Shown piece by piece: positions 7,673 to 18,229 of a stretch of DNA of 64,000 nucleotides; the stretch's first letter is position 1, and every line of letters starts with the position of its first letter. Position numbers and translations under genes: made by a program. The stretch is from Candidatus Obscuribacteraceae bacterium (lineage in GTDB: Bacteria > Cyanobacteriota > Vampirovibrionia > Obscuribacterales > Obscuribacteraceae): NCBI GenBank assembly GCA_044226015.1, contig JBGAHS010000001.1:704001-768000 (forward strand), read 5' to 3'. The notes under the pieces are model-generated. The model did no database searches. It worked only from the letters and a program-made list of their open reading frames with translations, and had not been told where the DNA came from.

Positions 7673-9187
7673 ATGGATCATAATCGGGAAATTGAGGCAG
7701 ATGAGGTTCGCGGCGAGACCGTCGTGAGCCCTCCTGAGGATCTGGCAAAGGTCGAGCACTCTGCTTCTCAGCCAAGTGCTGTAGATGCCAGAGCAAACAC
7801 CGATAGATCTGGTCAAAAACTTTCTGAAGAACTTCTAGACGCCCCCCTTGTACATGGTGGGCTCTGGAAAGCGATCTGGCTAATGTCCTGGCCGCTTTTA
7901 ATCAGCACTGTTGCCACGTCCATTGTTGGAGCAATTGATGTCCAGGTTTCCGGCTACCTGGGCAAAGAAGCGCAGGCTGCTGTGGGCATCGCAGAGCACG
8001 TGCTTTTCCTCTTTATGGTGTTCATCTTCTCTGTCAGTGTAGGCACCACGGCCATTGTTTCACGAGAGTTCGGCGAGGGAAATCTTGCTGGTACCATTGA
8101 TGGTGCCAGTCAATCGATTCAGCTTTCAGTTAGCAGTGGGTTTGTTCTTGCCTTAGCTGCCCTTTGTTTTGCCCATGTTTTGTTGCCATTCTTGAGCAAA
8201 GACCCTGAGATAATTCAGCTAGGCTCTACCTATCTGTCTATATTTAGCCTTTACATGGTACCTTTCAGTTTAATTTGCATTATCAATTCAGCCTTTCGTG
8301 CAATTGGTGATTCCAAAACGCCTCTATTTATTGTTCTGTTCGAGGTGATTGCCAACATTTTTGGTGACTATGCGGTTGTGTTGTGGAACTGGCCGGTTCC
8401 AGGTTTAGGTTTACGTGGTATCGCTGGGGCTGCGGTTGTATCCGCATTTATAGCTGCAGTGGTATCACTGGTGATGATTCGCCGATCACCTTTGCGTGAG
8501 GCACTGACATTGAATCGCCTCGGAAAATTTGATTGGAGCTGGCAAAAACGAATCTTGAAGATAGGCTTGCCTTCTGCAATTCAGCGGCTCGGCTGGGCGG
8601 GTAGCGTCTTTGCAGTTTTCTTCATTCTGGCTCAATTAAAAGAAAGTACTGCTGCTCTGGCCTCATGGACTATTGGAATGAGAATTGAGGCTTTACTTTT
8701 CATGCCACTAATGGCTTTTTCGCTTGCGGTCTCATCGATAGTAGGGCAAAATCTTGGTGCAGGTAAGCCAGAAAGAGCAATAAAAGCTGGTTGGAACGTC
8801 ACTCTCATTGGAGTGATTTCCATGTTTATTCTAGCCGCTGGCATGTATTTGCTGGCAGATCCTATTGCGCATTCCATGAGTCAAGATGCAAAAACAATTT
8901 CATTTGCGGCAGATTACATGCGAATAAATGCCATGGGCGAGCCATTCCTTGCCGTAGCTATGGTACTCATGGGTGCTATGCAAGGTGCTGGTGATACGAA
9001 GATTCCAATGTGGATTTCCTTGTTCTGCAATTGGGTGGTGCGTTTGCCTCTTGCCTGGTGGCTGGCGCTTAATTGCAAGCTAGAAACAAATGGTGTCTGG
9101 TACGCGATGATCAGTTCTGTCTTAGCCTGCGCGATTCTCTGTACTGTCAGATATCAATCGAAGCAGTGGCTCAAGGTGAAAATTTGA
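7673..9187 (+). CDS. MATE family efflux transporter
   Basis: Many TM helices; FRAIGDSKTPL, VGQNLGAG and MQGAGDTK motifs; ATG at 7673 preferred over the ORF-track start inside the terminator. Confidence 0.93.
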   Translation: MDHNREIEADEVRGETVVSPPEDLAKVEHSASQPSAVDARANTDRSGQKLSEELLDAPLVHGGLWKAIWLMSWPLLISTVATSIVGAIDVQVSGYLGKEAQAAVGIAEHVLFLFMVFIFSVSVGTTAIVSREFGEGNLAGTIDGASQSIQLSVSSGFVLALAALCFAHVLLPFLSKDPEIIQLGSTYLSIFSLYMVPFSLICIINSAFRAIGDSKTPLFIVLFEVIANIFGDYAVVLWNWPVPGLGLRGIAGAAVVSAFIAAVVSLVMIRRSPLREALTLNRLGKFDWSWQKRILKIGLPSAIQRLGWAGSVFAVFFILAQLKESTAALASWTIGMRIEALLFMPLMAFSLAVSSIVGQNLGAGKPERAIKAGWNVTLIGVISMFILAAGMYLLADPIAHSMSQDAKTISFAADYMRINAMGEPFLAVAMVLMGAMQGAGDTKIPMWISLFCNWVVRLPLAWWLALNCKLETNGVWYAMISSVLACAILCTVRYQSKQWLKVKI

Positions 9188-11168
9188 GCTTTTGCTCATT
9201 CAGAAAAGCGCGGATGTCAGAGACCTCTTTGCGGTGCATGTCATCAAATTCTGCCGGTTTTTCTTTCACCCATTTTTCGGCTCCTTGTAAGTACATTTCT
9301 GCTTCGCTTATTTTGTTGTTTGCCACCAGCAGGCGCACTAATTTGCCGGCAATATTTGATGCGCTGCCAGGACTTGCTACGGTTGGCGGCAATTGCTCAA
9401 TTTGTTGGAACGCTGTTTTCAATTCATCAACAGCATCCTCTGATTTACCAGCGCGGAAGGATATTTCACTCAAAGTATCTAACAAGTTGATTTTGTCTAT
9501 TCCTTCTGTTTTTGGATCTTTGTTGATGGTGGCAATCTCCTTCTTTGTAGCGAGATAGAGTTTATCGAACTCATGGAATTTCTTGAAATGCAATTCTGTC
9601 TCTAGTTCCGCAAGATGAAGTACTGCGGTGTCGACCTGACGGTCAGCCCCGCTCTCTAACTCTACGTAGTGTTTTACAGCCTCGAGAAATCTTCTGCTTT
9701 TGAATTCTGTCTTGTCCGAGAGAAGATCTAGAGTTGTGGAATGAATTTGCCATGCCATGCTATGCAGGCTGCCCTCACTGCCAACAATCGTCACAAGGTG
9801 GTATGAAATTTCTGAGCCCTCACCTTGCTTAAAGAACTCGTTATCATAATTCATCATGATAAAAACTTGACCAGGGTCGAAGCTTCCTTTTTTCGGAGTC
9901 AGACCCTCAACGATGCTGCTGACGCCTCTGAGAATAGCGAGGTCTTGATGAGCAAATTCATTGCTTTTATGATTATTTGGATACTCTGTTCCTAACAAAT
10001 TATATGCTTTGGCTGCAAGTGCGAGAGCCTGTTCTTCCTTTCCTTCCTCTTTCGCGCGATGTGCATCAGTAACATACTGTTTTGCTCGAGCTATTGTAGA
10101 CTCGCGGACATTCCTTTTTATTCTAACGGCAGGCAGCTGGTCGTTAGTCGTATGTGAGGTAAAGAAGATTGAGAGCCCAATCACTGTTATTAACACGATG
10201 CAAATTGCAGCAATGAAGGCCCACTGCTTTTCATTTCGTTTTGCCGCGCGGACCTTAGGTGCTTTATCCAGTGTGATGTCGTTCAAAACCTGGTTCAGTT
10301 TCTCAGCAAAAACTTGAGCTGATGCTGGACGATCAGCTGGGAGTTTTGCCAATCCCCACAATAAAAGTTTGGACAGTTCTATCGGTACTTCCATACGGCT
10401 GCTGAACTCTGCGGCTGTTGGAACTGGTGAATTGACGTGCATGAGCATGGTATCAAAGGCAGAGTCACCTTTAAATGGAGCTTCGCCTGAAAGAGCCATG
10501 TACATTACACAGCAAAGAGAGTAAATGTCTGACCTTCCATCGATGCTGGAGTTCTGACATTGTTCTGGGCTCATGAAAGAAGGGCTACCAACGACAGTTC
10601 CTGTGCGTGTCAGGTTCAAGGATTTTTCGTCGTAGAGTTTTGCTATTCCGAAATCCAAAAGCTTTACTATAGGTTTATCTGGATTTTCAGAATTCTCGCA
10701 AATCATTATGTTTGCTGGCTTGATGTCTCTATGCACAATGCCTGCAGCATGTGCTTTTTGTAGTGCTGAAAGTAATGGAATAAAGATGCTTTGAAAACGA
10801 CGAAATGTGAGAGGCGCATTCTTTGCGATTTCGTCAGATAGCGGAACACCATCCAGGTATTCGAAAATCAAATAGGGCTCTTCATTTTTAGTTAGCCCGT
10901 ACGCGAGTGTTTTGACTATTACCGGGTCGTCCATCGCTGAGCACAACTTTGCTTCTTGATGAAACCTGTCAATTCCGTTTGAGCCAGCCAGAGTAGCTTT
11001 AGAGAGTACTTTTACGGCCACGATTCGATCAAGCCTGCGTTGCCTGGCCTTGAACACTTGAGCCATGCCGCCTCTACCAATAGGCTCAATTATTTCGATT
11101 TCCGGAATGCTGGGAAAATCAGCTTGTACTGGTTTTAGCTCAGGATTTGATTCGTCCTGATGATTCAT
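9171..11168 (-). CDS. Hanks-type Ser/Thr protein kinase with TM helix and helical extracytoplasmic domain
   Basis: IGRGGMAQVF, VAVK, HRDIKPANI, DFG, MSPEQ, DIYSL motifs, then a TM helix; start may extend to 11237. Confidence 0.93.
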   Translation of the reverse strand: MNHQDESNPELKPVQADFPSIPEIEIIEPIGRGGMAQVFKARQRRLDRIVAVKVLSKATLAGSNGIDRFHQEAKLCSAMDDPVIVKTLAYGLTKNEEPYLIFEYLDGVPLSDEIAKNAPLTFRRFQSIFIPLLSALQKAHAAGIVHRDIKPANIMICENSENPDKPIVKLLDFGIAKLYDEKSLNLTRTGTVVGSPSFMSPEQCQNSSIDGRSDIYSLCCVMYMALSGEAPFKGDSAFDTMLMHVNSPVPTAAEFSSRMEVPIELSKLLLWGLAKLPADRPASAQVFAEKLNQVLNDITLDKAPKVRAAKRNEKQWAFIAAICIVLITVIGLSIFFTSHTTNDQLPAVRIKRNVRESTIARAKQYVTDAHRAKEEGKEEQALALAAKAYNLLGTEYPNNHKSNEFAHQDLAILRGVSSIVEGLTPKKGSFDPGQVFIMMNYDNEFFKQGEGSEISYHLVTIVGSEGSLHSMAWQIHSTTLDLLSDKTEFKSRRFLEAVKHYVELESGADRQVDTAVLHLAELETELHFKKFHEFDKLYLATKKEIATINKDPKTEGIDKINLLDTLSEISFRAGKSEDAVDELKTAFQQIEQLPPTVASPGSASNIAGKLVRLLVANNKISEAEMYLQGAEKWVKEKPAEFDDMHRKEVSDIRAFLNEQKLKFSP

Positions 11169-11417
11169 AGCCCAACCTCTCTCGCAAAATTTGCGACTCA
11201 CTCTAGACTGTTGGGGGGTAATATCTTCTATTCCCAATCCAACATTCGATTCACATGAATTGGATAAAACTAACCATTCTTTGAGTAAGCCAAAACTCTG
11301 GTTGTTTCCCTTCTCAAAACAAGGGCAGCATCATTACTTGCAAATTAAAAGTGAATGGCACCTGGACCGGGAAGGGTAGTGCCATTCACTTTGTATCAGA
11401 ATCTATAATTACTGAAC

Positions 11418-12155
11418 TTAGTTGCCTTTGAGAGCTTTGCCGGTGGCTTCAAGCCCTTGCTTGAGTGCATTTTTGTCCATTTGCATCATTCCGCCGCCAC
11501 CGTGCTCAATAGCATTATTGAGTTCCTTGGCGCCATTCATTATGCCTCCACCCCACTGGTGGAATCGTCTGCCGAAATGGATGCCTTGTCCATCACGTTG
11601 AATAGTTGTGAAGCCGTTTTCGTCGAAGCTGACTTTCGAGCCATCTTTGAATTCAACGCTCGTTTCGCCGTACTTATCTGTGGAAACCTTGTTTACGTCA
11701 CCTTTTATGGTATTGCTTCCATCTGGGTTGATAGAGATGCTATCGCCATTTGGTGTGAATAGAGTTTGCTTGCCGTCTTCACGTACAATAAAGTCTCCGG
11801 TAGGAAGCTTTTCGACTCCGTCTTTTGGCTTGAAGAAATCCTTGAGCTGATCGTGCATCTCATTCATGCCATTCTTATCAGTGATATTCTTGATGGCATC
11901 GATAATCTTCTTGTCGTCATGTATGGCGTTTATGCCTTCATGCTTTTCATTTTTTGCTCCGTCTTGAATACTCATCGATGGTAATGCGTCTGCTGCGGCC
12001 TTGCCTACGGACTTGGCCATTTCGCTCACTGTGGAAGCTGCGCCGGTGCTGGCAGAACGCAACGCTTCTTCTGCTAACGCAGATTTTGGTGACTCTTTTG
12101 CTTCAACTTGTTCTGATGGTTTTTTCTCAACAACTTCTTGTTTCTCTGCAGCCAT
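11418..12155 (-). CDS. Hypothetical protein with beta-hairpin (xxDG/NG) repeats
   Basis: 245-aa ORF; GGAG RBS upstream. Confidence 0.7.
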   Translation of the reverse strand: MAAEKQEVVEKKPSEQVEAKESPKSALAEEALRSASTGAASTVSEMAKSVGKAAADALPSMSIQDGAKNEKHEGINAIHDDKKIIDAIKNITDKNGMNEMHDQLKDFFKPKDGVEKLPTGDFIVREDGKQTLFTPNGDSISINPDGSNTIKGDVNKVSTDKYGETSVEFKDGSKVSFDENGFTTIQRDGQGIHFGRRFHQWGGGIMNGAKELNNAIEHGGGGMMQMDKNALKQGLEATGKALKGN

Positions 12156-12437
12156 GATAATGCGCTCCTTCCAATTTTCCTGGTACGTTCCAAGCCTTAA
12201 TTAGTCCGTACAACTTTTGGTTAGAATCAATTTGCAACCAACTCATCGATTCGTGACCCTTGATGAAATGATTATGCTTTTTGCAAACTTCGAAAACTAG
12301 TCGACCCTCCGTATTCCTCTTGCGCAAATCCGCAAACCTAATGCTGGTGTGTCTTTGCGTATTTGGGCTTGCACAATTGTGCAGTGCTTCATCGTATTTG
12401 CCGCTTTGACTCGTCGTGCTTTTAGCTTATATTTAGG

Positions 12438-13310
12438 ATGGCTGGCAAGATGGTAGATTGTGTGGTTGAATCAAGCGAAAAAAGCAGTGAAGATGGCGTC
12501 GAGCGCCAGGTTGCTCAGTCTGGCTCGGAGAACCTTTTACGTGATGCACAGGGGCAGCGATTTGGTAATCGCGAACTAGATGCTGCTGTAGCTGAAATTC
12601 AGCGGCAGGAATCTTACAAGGGTGCCGTTAAGACTGAAGCTGATGCCGAGATAAATTGGAATCAGTCTATAGGTAATGCGAAATCGCTAAGTGCTGCAGA
12701 CATAAAAAGCCGCTTGAATGACAATAATCTTTCTCCCCAAGCAAAGGGATTTTTGCAATTCCTGGACGATAACTTTTCAAACCTTGCAGGTGCTGTAAGC
12801 AAGGATGCATCTCATGTGAGCAAAGCTGATTTGATGGCGATTGGTGGAATGAATTCTGTTTCCCCTGAACGAATCGATGCAGGTGCCAAGTTCTTGAAGG
12901 ACCATTTTTTTGAACTCTCGGGACTCGATGATAAAGTAAGCGCCCAGCGAATTGACAGGCTTATTTACGACCATTCCTTTCAGCTGTTTTCAAAAGAAAC
13001 GCAAGATCGTCTTTATGATATTGCGAACGTGGTCAAAAGTTCGGACCAGAGTCCGCAAAGTTTTGAGCAGGGTAAACGAGTTCGCTCAGGTTTGACCAGA
13101 GACGACGCGAATACGCTGCAAGCGCAAGAATTGAGCGATAACCTTCGCATTCAGGCTTTGCAGAAAGCACTTTACGGTGCAAAGCTGCAGCGCTTTGATG
13201 GGAAAACACTCGGTGGTGATTCCAGCTCGCAATACAATGCAGCTGCGCAAAGATATCGTGAGCTACAGAAGAAGGGGCTGGATAGTTTCCTCGCTGCTCA
13301 AGATAGATAA
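12438..13310 (+). CDS. Hypothetical protein
   Basis: 290-aa ORF with natural composition. Confidence 0.7.
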   Translation: MAGKMVDCVVESSEKSSEDGVERQVAQSGSENLLRDAQGQRFGNRELDAAVAEIQRQESYKGAVKTEADAEINWNQSIGNAKSLSAADIKSRLNDNNLSPQAKGFLQFLDDNFSNLAGAVSKDASHVSKADLMAIGGMNSVSPERIDAGAKFLKDHFFELSGLDDKVSAQRIDRLIYDHSFQLFSKETQDRLYDIANVVKSSDQSPQSFEQGKRVRSGLTRDDANTLQAQELSDNLRIQALQKALYGAKLQRFDGKTLGGDSSSQYNAAAQRYRELQKKGLDSFLAAQDR

Positions 13311-13409
13311 CAATAATTAGAAATGAATATTGGCCATTTAGTTCGCCGCGATGTCGCTAAGTCAGGGCTCCTGTTTACAGTCGTGAGAATTTCTGCTTTT
13401 GCTGTCTGC

Positions 13410-14723
13410 TTAGCGGTAGCCCGGTCTAGGTATGGTTTTTGATGGTGTGCGCGGTGGGAGAATAACTCTTTCGACCTCTCCTGAACGTTCTGAGAAGGCA
13501 CCATTGGCGGTATTAGTGCTGGCATTGAACTGGCAATTAAAGCTTACTATCTGGCGTTGTGAATTTGGAGGGAAGTCGAGCACAGAATTGCCATTCAAAG
13601 AGGCAACTGCATCTAGCAGGTTCTTCTTAAAATCAGGTGCCTGAGTACTGACTCGCAAAATCTGTGCTTCTATTGTTTTGTTTCTTCTGACTGTTATGCG
13701 CAGGGTTGCTATTCCAAGTTGACGTCCGCGTGCCGCCCAGTTTCTATACATCGCATTGCTGACCTTTTGATACCACGCATCCCACAAAATTGACTGATCA
13801 ACAGGGCGCAGCGGAATGCCCCAACCCAGGTTTGTATTCATGTTGATGGGTCTTATAGGAGGAATCGAGCCAGGTAGCCTTCTGGTGTAGAAATTGGGGT
13901 CTACAGCCAGGTTGTTCTGGGGTAAGTCCCAATTTCCCCAATCTGCCTGACCTTGAATACGATTAGCTCTTCTGTAGCCCGGCATGTTCCCTTGCCAGCC
14001 ACCATATGCGGTGTTATAGCCCCAGTAGTAACCATACCAGTTGTCTCTTCCCCGACCCCACCTGTAGGGGATGCCTACGGTCCAGTAGTTGCCAACCCTC
14101 CAACCGTTTCCGATAGACCAACCATTGCCTACTGACCACCTGTACTCGGGCACTGTCTTTGTCCGCCACTGTCTTATTGAGCCCAGGCGGCTGAAATCTT
14201 GTCTGGGAGTCATTGCTTTCAGAGGCAACTGAAAGTTTTCTGCTTTCAACGAATTGTCTAAATTGCTGCCGTTCAAGTTGCTATTGTCAGCCTGTCCCTG
14301 CAAAATCGAGCTGTAATCAGAGCCTGGGAGGACACGCACAGATTTGCCGAACAAGTCCGGAAAAGAGCGCTTCAAATGATTCATCAAATCTTGTCGTTCG
14401 ACTTTCCCTTGTAGTTTGCTGCGATCGTAGAGCCCGTCACCGAATAACATGTCTTGAGATTCGTATTTTTGGTCTTGCAGAGCATTCCTTTCCAGGCTCG
14501 AACTGAAGCGAGGAACTTTTTTTTCTTCAGGGTCGGCTTCCTCATTTTGTTCAACTTTGCCCTCTAGCTGATCTCTGATCGAAGGCGTTGAACCGACGAT
14601 GAGGTCATCTGCGCGACTCGCCGTAGCGCTTAGAAGTCCAGTGAAAAGAAGCAATGAAAGCTCAATTGGTCGGCGAACGTGCCAAGCTGAAAACCTGTGA
14701 TGAAGGCAGATCGGGCGTATCAT
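13410..14723 (-). CDS. Exported protein with C-terminal TonB_C/TolA-like domain
   Basis: Signal-like segment; WDAWYQKVSNAMYRNW...LDFPPNSQRQ. Confidence 0.65.
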   Translation of the reverse strand: MIRPICLHHRFSAWHVRRPIELSLLLFTGLLSATASRADDLIVGSTPSIRDQLEGKVEQNEEADPEEKKVPRFSSSLERNALQDQKYESQDMLFGDGLYDRSKLQGKVERQDLMNHLKRSFPDLFGKSVRVLPGSDYSSILQGQADNSNLNGSNLDNSLKAENFQLPLKAMTPRQDFSRLGSIRQWRTKTVPEYRWSVGNGWSIGNGWRVGNYWTVGIPYRWGRGRDNWYGYYWGYNTAYGGWQGNMPGYRRANRIQGQADWGNWDLPQNNLAVDPNFYTRRLPGSIPPIRPINMNTNLGWGIPLRPVDQSILWDAWYQKVSNAMYRNWAARGRQLGIATLRITVRRNKTIEAQILRVSTQAPDFKKNLLDAVASLNGNSVLDFPPNSQRQIVSFNCQFNASTNTANGAFSERSGEVERVILPPRTPSKTIPRPGYR

Positions 14724-14733
14724 GCGCAGCTCC

Positions 14734-15414
14734 TCAACGTGGGGCAGTCACACGTTCGTAATCACCATGCTTCCATGAATAACCTTGTGGACCGTCGTTG
14801 CGGTCAGTGTAAGTAAATTTCGTTGTAAGGCTAACTTCTCCACGCTGTGACTTTATGGGAAAGCTAAGCGCTAGTGGATCTAGCAGCTGCAATGTTTTTC
14901 CAACGGCGTGTTCGAACATCTGTTTTTGATTTGGTGAAAACTGTTCATCAGGGGCAACGTGGAAATCCTTCAGTTGAAAATCGATGTCACCGCTTCGGCT
15001 GATTTTTAAGTCTACACTGGCGTCTCCCGGTATATTGCCGCATTCAAGCCAGTTATGATAAATGGCACTACAAAGACTCTTGTGCCAGTGTTCCCACTCT
15101 ACAACCAGTTCTTTGTCTGAGCCATCAGCACTGCCTTGCAGCGACTTTGCAAAACTATCAAATGTAGATTTGTCCAGCATTCCCGCCACAGAGTTTGCTA
15201 AGGCGTTATTTGCGCTTGTTTTTTTCTTCACCGAGTTTGGTATCATTTCCATCGCGTCACCAACCGGGCGGCTTGGTAGAGCTGGACGAGTTACGCGCTT
15301 AGCAGTGTTCTTCTGTTCAATGCGTCCTTGCAGCGGTTCATCGGCCTGGCACGAGAGCATGCTTAAATAAGCGCAAGTCGATAGGGCTAATAGTTTGACG
15401 AGCTGTCGCTTCAT
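14734..15414 (-). CDS. Exported protein with TonB_C/TolA-like domain
   Basis: Signal peptide; WEHWHKSLCSAIYHNW...LSFPIKSQRG. Confidence 0.65.
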   Translation of the reverse strand: MKRQLVKLLALSTCAYLSMLSCQADEPLQGRIEQKNTAKRVTRPALPSRPVGDAMEMIPNSVKKKTSANNALANSVAGMLDKSTFDSFAKSLQGSADGSDKELVVEWEHWHKSLCSAIYHNWLECGNIPGDASVDLKISRSGDIDFQLKDFHVAPDEQFSPNQKQMFEHAVGKTLQLLDPLALSFPIKSQRGEVSLTTKFTYTDRNDGPQGYSWKHGDYERVTAPR

Positions 15415-16412
15415 CGAATCCAGCCTCCCACCCCGACATTGTTTGTAGCTTCTCCTCCAGCCATAGGATGCACCTGGTTGAGTGCTATTTTGGCTGAGTC
15501 AATGAGCGCCTCATCTTGTGCGACCTGAATTTCTTGATCTAGTTCAATGAGCGCTCTGCGGTAAGTCTCGTCGGTGGGTTCCAGATAGATGGCCATCTTC
15601 AAATGATATGCGGACCACTCGAAGACTTTTAGCGCTCGTAGCGATTGCCCCAGTGCAAAATGCACCTTTGGCTCGTTTGGAAATACTTTTACGAGTTGGT
15701 TCAGCTGCTTTGCTGCCTCGTAATAATCGCCGTTTTGAAACGCGAGTTTAGCTCTTTGTCCAGCATCCACGAGGTTATCTTGCCGTTTGTTTTCTCTTGC
15801 CTCGGCATCGATGCGCATTTTAAGTTGAACGTCTGTAATTGCTTTCTGAAAGTCTCTGTCAGTGGGTTTCAAGGCTAAAGCGTCTTTGTAATAAGACAGT
15901 GCTCGGTTAAGGTCGTTATGCCATTCTGCGATTGCACCCAGGTTGTACTTTGCGTCTGCATTCTTCGGGGTAAGTTGCAGTACTTTCTTGAAGAGCTTTT
16001 CTGCTTCGTCATACCTCTGCCCATTAAACGCTGATACGCCTTTTTCAAAAAACTCAAGTGCGTCCTCTTCGATGGATAGGTCCTCGAATGGTTTCAGTTT
16101 TTGATATCCCTTAGTCATCGGTGCTTTTGACATTCGAGGACCTGTTGCAGCATAAGTGCATTGAGAACTCAAAATAAGAATTACCAGAGACAGCGCGACT
16201 GCCGCATAGCTTGATGAAAATTGAACCTGTTTAGCCAAGACCTTATCCTCCGTCTTGAACATGCCCAGTTTCAAGCAGGAATATCTCCCTGAACCAAATA
16301 TCTTTGCAAGCTGTAAAGCATTGCCAGGGTTGAATAGTTTGCTGTCGGATACTTTTATGCTGCGCCAGGGGATCTGGCGGCAGAAAATCTGCCAGCAGAT
16401 GTGCCAGAACAC
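15411..16412 (-). CDS. TPR-repeat protein
   Basis: TPR motifs (PKNADAKYNLGAI, PNEPKVHFALGQSL); true start probably downstream, near 16262. Confidence 0.85.
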   Translation of the reverse strand: MFWHICWQIFCRQIPWRSIKVSDSKLFNPGNALQLAKIFGSGRYSCLKLGMFKTEDKVLAKQVQFSSSYAAVALSLVILILSSQCTYAATGPRMSKAPMTKGYQKLKPFEDLSIEEDALEFFEKGVSAFNGQRYDEAEKLFKKVLQLTPKNADAKYNLGAIAEWHNDLNRALSYYKDALALKPTDRDFQKAITDVQLKMRIDAEARENKRQDNLVDAGQRAKLAFQNGDYYEAAKQLNQLVKVFPNEPKVHFALGQSLRALKVFEWSAYHLKMAIYLEPTDETYRRALIELDQEIQVAQDEALIDSAKIALNQVHPMAGGEATNNVGVGGWIR

Positions 16413-16430
16413 ACGCCAGAATAAGCGCAG

Positions 16431-18146
16431 TCAGGAGCTGGCTTCATCCTTGCTGAGTAAGCGAACTCGGCGAATCATGTCTTGACCCACTGAAAGCTGC
16501 CGAATCAAACGGGAAGCGTGAGAGCTGGCTTCTGGAGGATGGAAATCGAATGAATACACGCCTTGCGGCAGGGTGAGAGTGCAACGTCCCTCGTCGGAGG
16601 TGAAAACAGGCATGGCGATTTCTTCGATATGACCAAGGTCTTGAATCGGTTGCTGCACTAGCTCGTAGGCCTCGAAACTTACCTGGCAATTTGGAATCGG
16701 CTCGTCATTTTCGGAGACGACTTCAAAATTAACCAGGCACACGTCTTCGATGAGCAAGTCAGCAGTCACCTTCGCTCCAGCAACGTCGATTAAATGCCCC
16801 GTTGATGCCTGATTGTTCAAAACCAGCCAATATTTGCCTTCGAGCAATCTAAATTCGTATGAACCGTCATCGCCTGTGATACCAACCCAGACCGGACGAC
16901 GTTTTGCCGCCTGGCTGTCGAAGGCACCGTCATTGGTGGCAAAGAGTGAGAGTTGAACACCTGGGCGAGGTTCTTTGGAAGAATCTTGAACAGTGCCTGT
17001 AAGTAGCACTCCTTCCTCCATATCCACATTGTGTTCGGTATCCTGATCAAGAATGATGGTGCCCTTGCATGGCGCCAGATCCATCGAGGCTACTGTTCCT
17101 AGCGAGTCAGGTTGCGCGGCGACCACTACATCATAGGTTCCACCAGGCAACGAGAAGTGGTAATAGCCTTCTTCGTCGCTGTGAGTAATTGAGTCGAGAT
17201 TGTTTACTCCAATTACATTCACCGATGCGTTCGGAACAGCTTTCCCTTTGTGAAGCACTTTTCCGGTCAGTTTATAGCCAGTATCAAGCGAGTAATTTCG
17301 AACTCTGTCGTGGTCAACAAAAATTGCTGAAAGCGACTTCTCGGCCAGGTGCGAATCTTCTGGTGGCAGCAAGCGAATAGAGTAGTTTCCTTCCTGCAAG
17401 AGGCATTCGAAACTTCCATCTTTCACAGTGATTGTATTTACTGTCATTGCAATTTCTCTTGCAAAAACATTTTCTGGACGATCATTGCAGGTGACAATGA
17501 CCTTCACTTCGTCCATCGGGTGCCCTTCTTTGTTAGTTATCTTGCCTTTGAAGCTAATCAGGGAAGGAAGGGTAATGTCGTGCTGGCAGTCTTTGCTCAG
17601 GTCGACAACCTGGAAGAAGGGGCAAAGGAAGGGAACATCGCGCTTCTTTCCTTTAACTACAGGACCGTCATACTCAACATGTTTGAGGGCAAGGTAATAC
17701 TTTCCTCGGGGCAAGCCGAGGCTGAAGTTTCCACTTTCGTCTAGTTTTTGTGTAACGCGAATGACGTGAGGTTCGATTCCAAAAACAAGAAGCTCTGCAT
17801 CTCTGACGCTTTTGCTGTTAGCGTCTCTTACAGTGCCCTGGAGAATAACTCCTGTATTCAAGATGACATCGAAGTTTGTGTTGCTTGTGACTTTTATTGC
17901 TTCTATCGACTGACGAGAAAAGCGTGTGTTTTCGCTTGGAATAATTTCCAGGCAGTAGATGCCTTTGCGAACGTCAAAGCTGAATACACCTTTATTACCA
18001 GTTACTTGTTCGCAAAGAAAGTGTTTGACCAGCGAACCGCTCTGGTGCCAGTAGTCGTAGAGTCTCACTATGGCGTTAGTTACTGGCAAGCCCTGGCTTG
18101 TGACGCTTCCGCCCAAATTGAAAGAAAGCTCTCTGGTGACGACCAT
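16431..18146 (-). CDS. Protein of tandem carboxypeptidase-regulatory-like (prealbumin-fold) beta domains
   Basis: About six repeats of GxVxxxxxxPVxxAxV...T+xxGx(F/Y)xFxLxxGxY. Confidence 0.8.
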   Translation of the reverse strand: MVVTRELSFNLGGSVTSQGLPVTNAIVRLYDYWHQSGSLVKHFLCEQVTGNKGVFSFDVRKGIYCLEIIPSENTRFSRQSIEAIKVTSNTNFDVILNTGVILQGTVRDANSKSVRDAELLVFGIEPHVIRVTQKLDESGNFSLGLPRGKYYLALKHVEYDGPVVKGKKRDVPFLCPFFQVVDLSKDCQHDITLPSLISFKGKITNKEGHPMDEVKVIVTCNDRPENVFAREIAMTVNTITVKDGSFECLLQEGNYSIRLLPPEDSHLAEKSLSAIFVDHDRVRNYSLDTGYKLTGKVLHKGKAVPNASVNVIGVNNLDSITHSDEEGYYHFSLPGGTYDVVVAAQPDSLGTVASMDLAPCKGTIILDQDTEHNVDMEEGVLLTGTVQDSSKEPRPGVQLSLFATNDGAFDSQAAKRRPVWVGITGDDGSYEFRLLEGKYWLVLNNQASTGHLIDVAGAKVTADLLIEDVCLVNFEVVSENDEPIPNCQVSFEAYELVQQPIQDLGHIEEIAMPVFTSDEGRCTLTLPQGVYSFDFHPPEASSHASRLIRQLSVGQDMIRRVRLLSKDEASS

Positions 18147-18229
18147 GAATCCAGCCTCGTTTGGAATTCCAATGCCTCGAATTGTATTATGCTGAGCCTG
18201 AAAGGTTCAAGCCTGCATGTCTTTATGGT

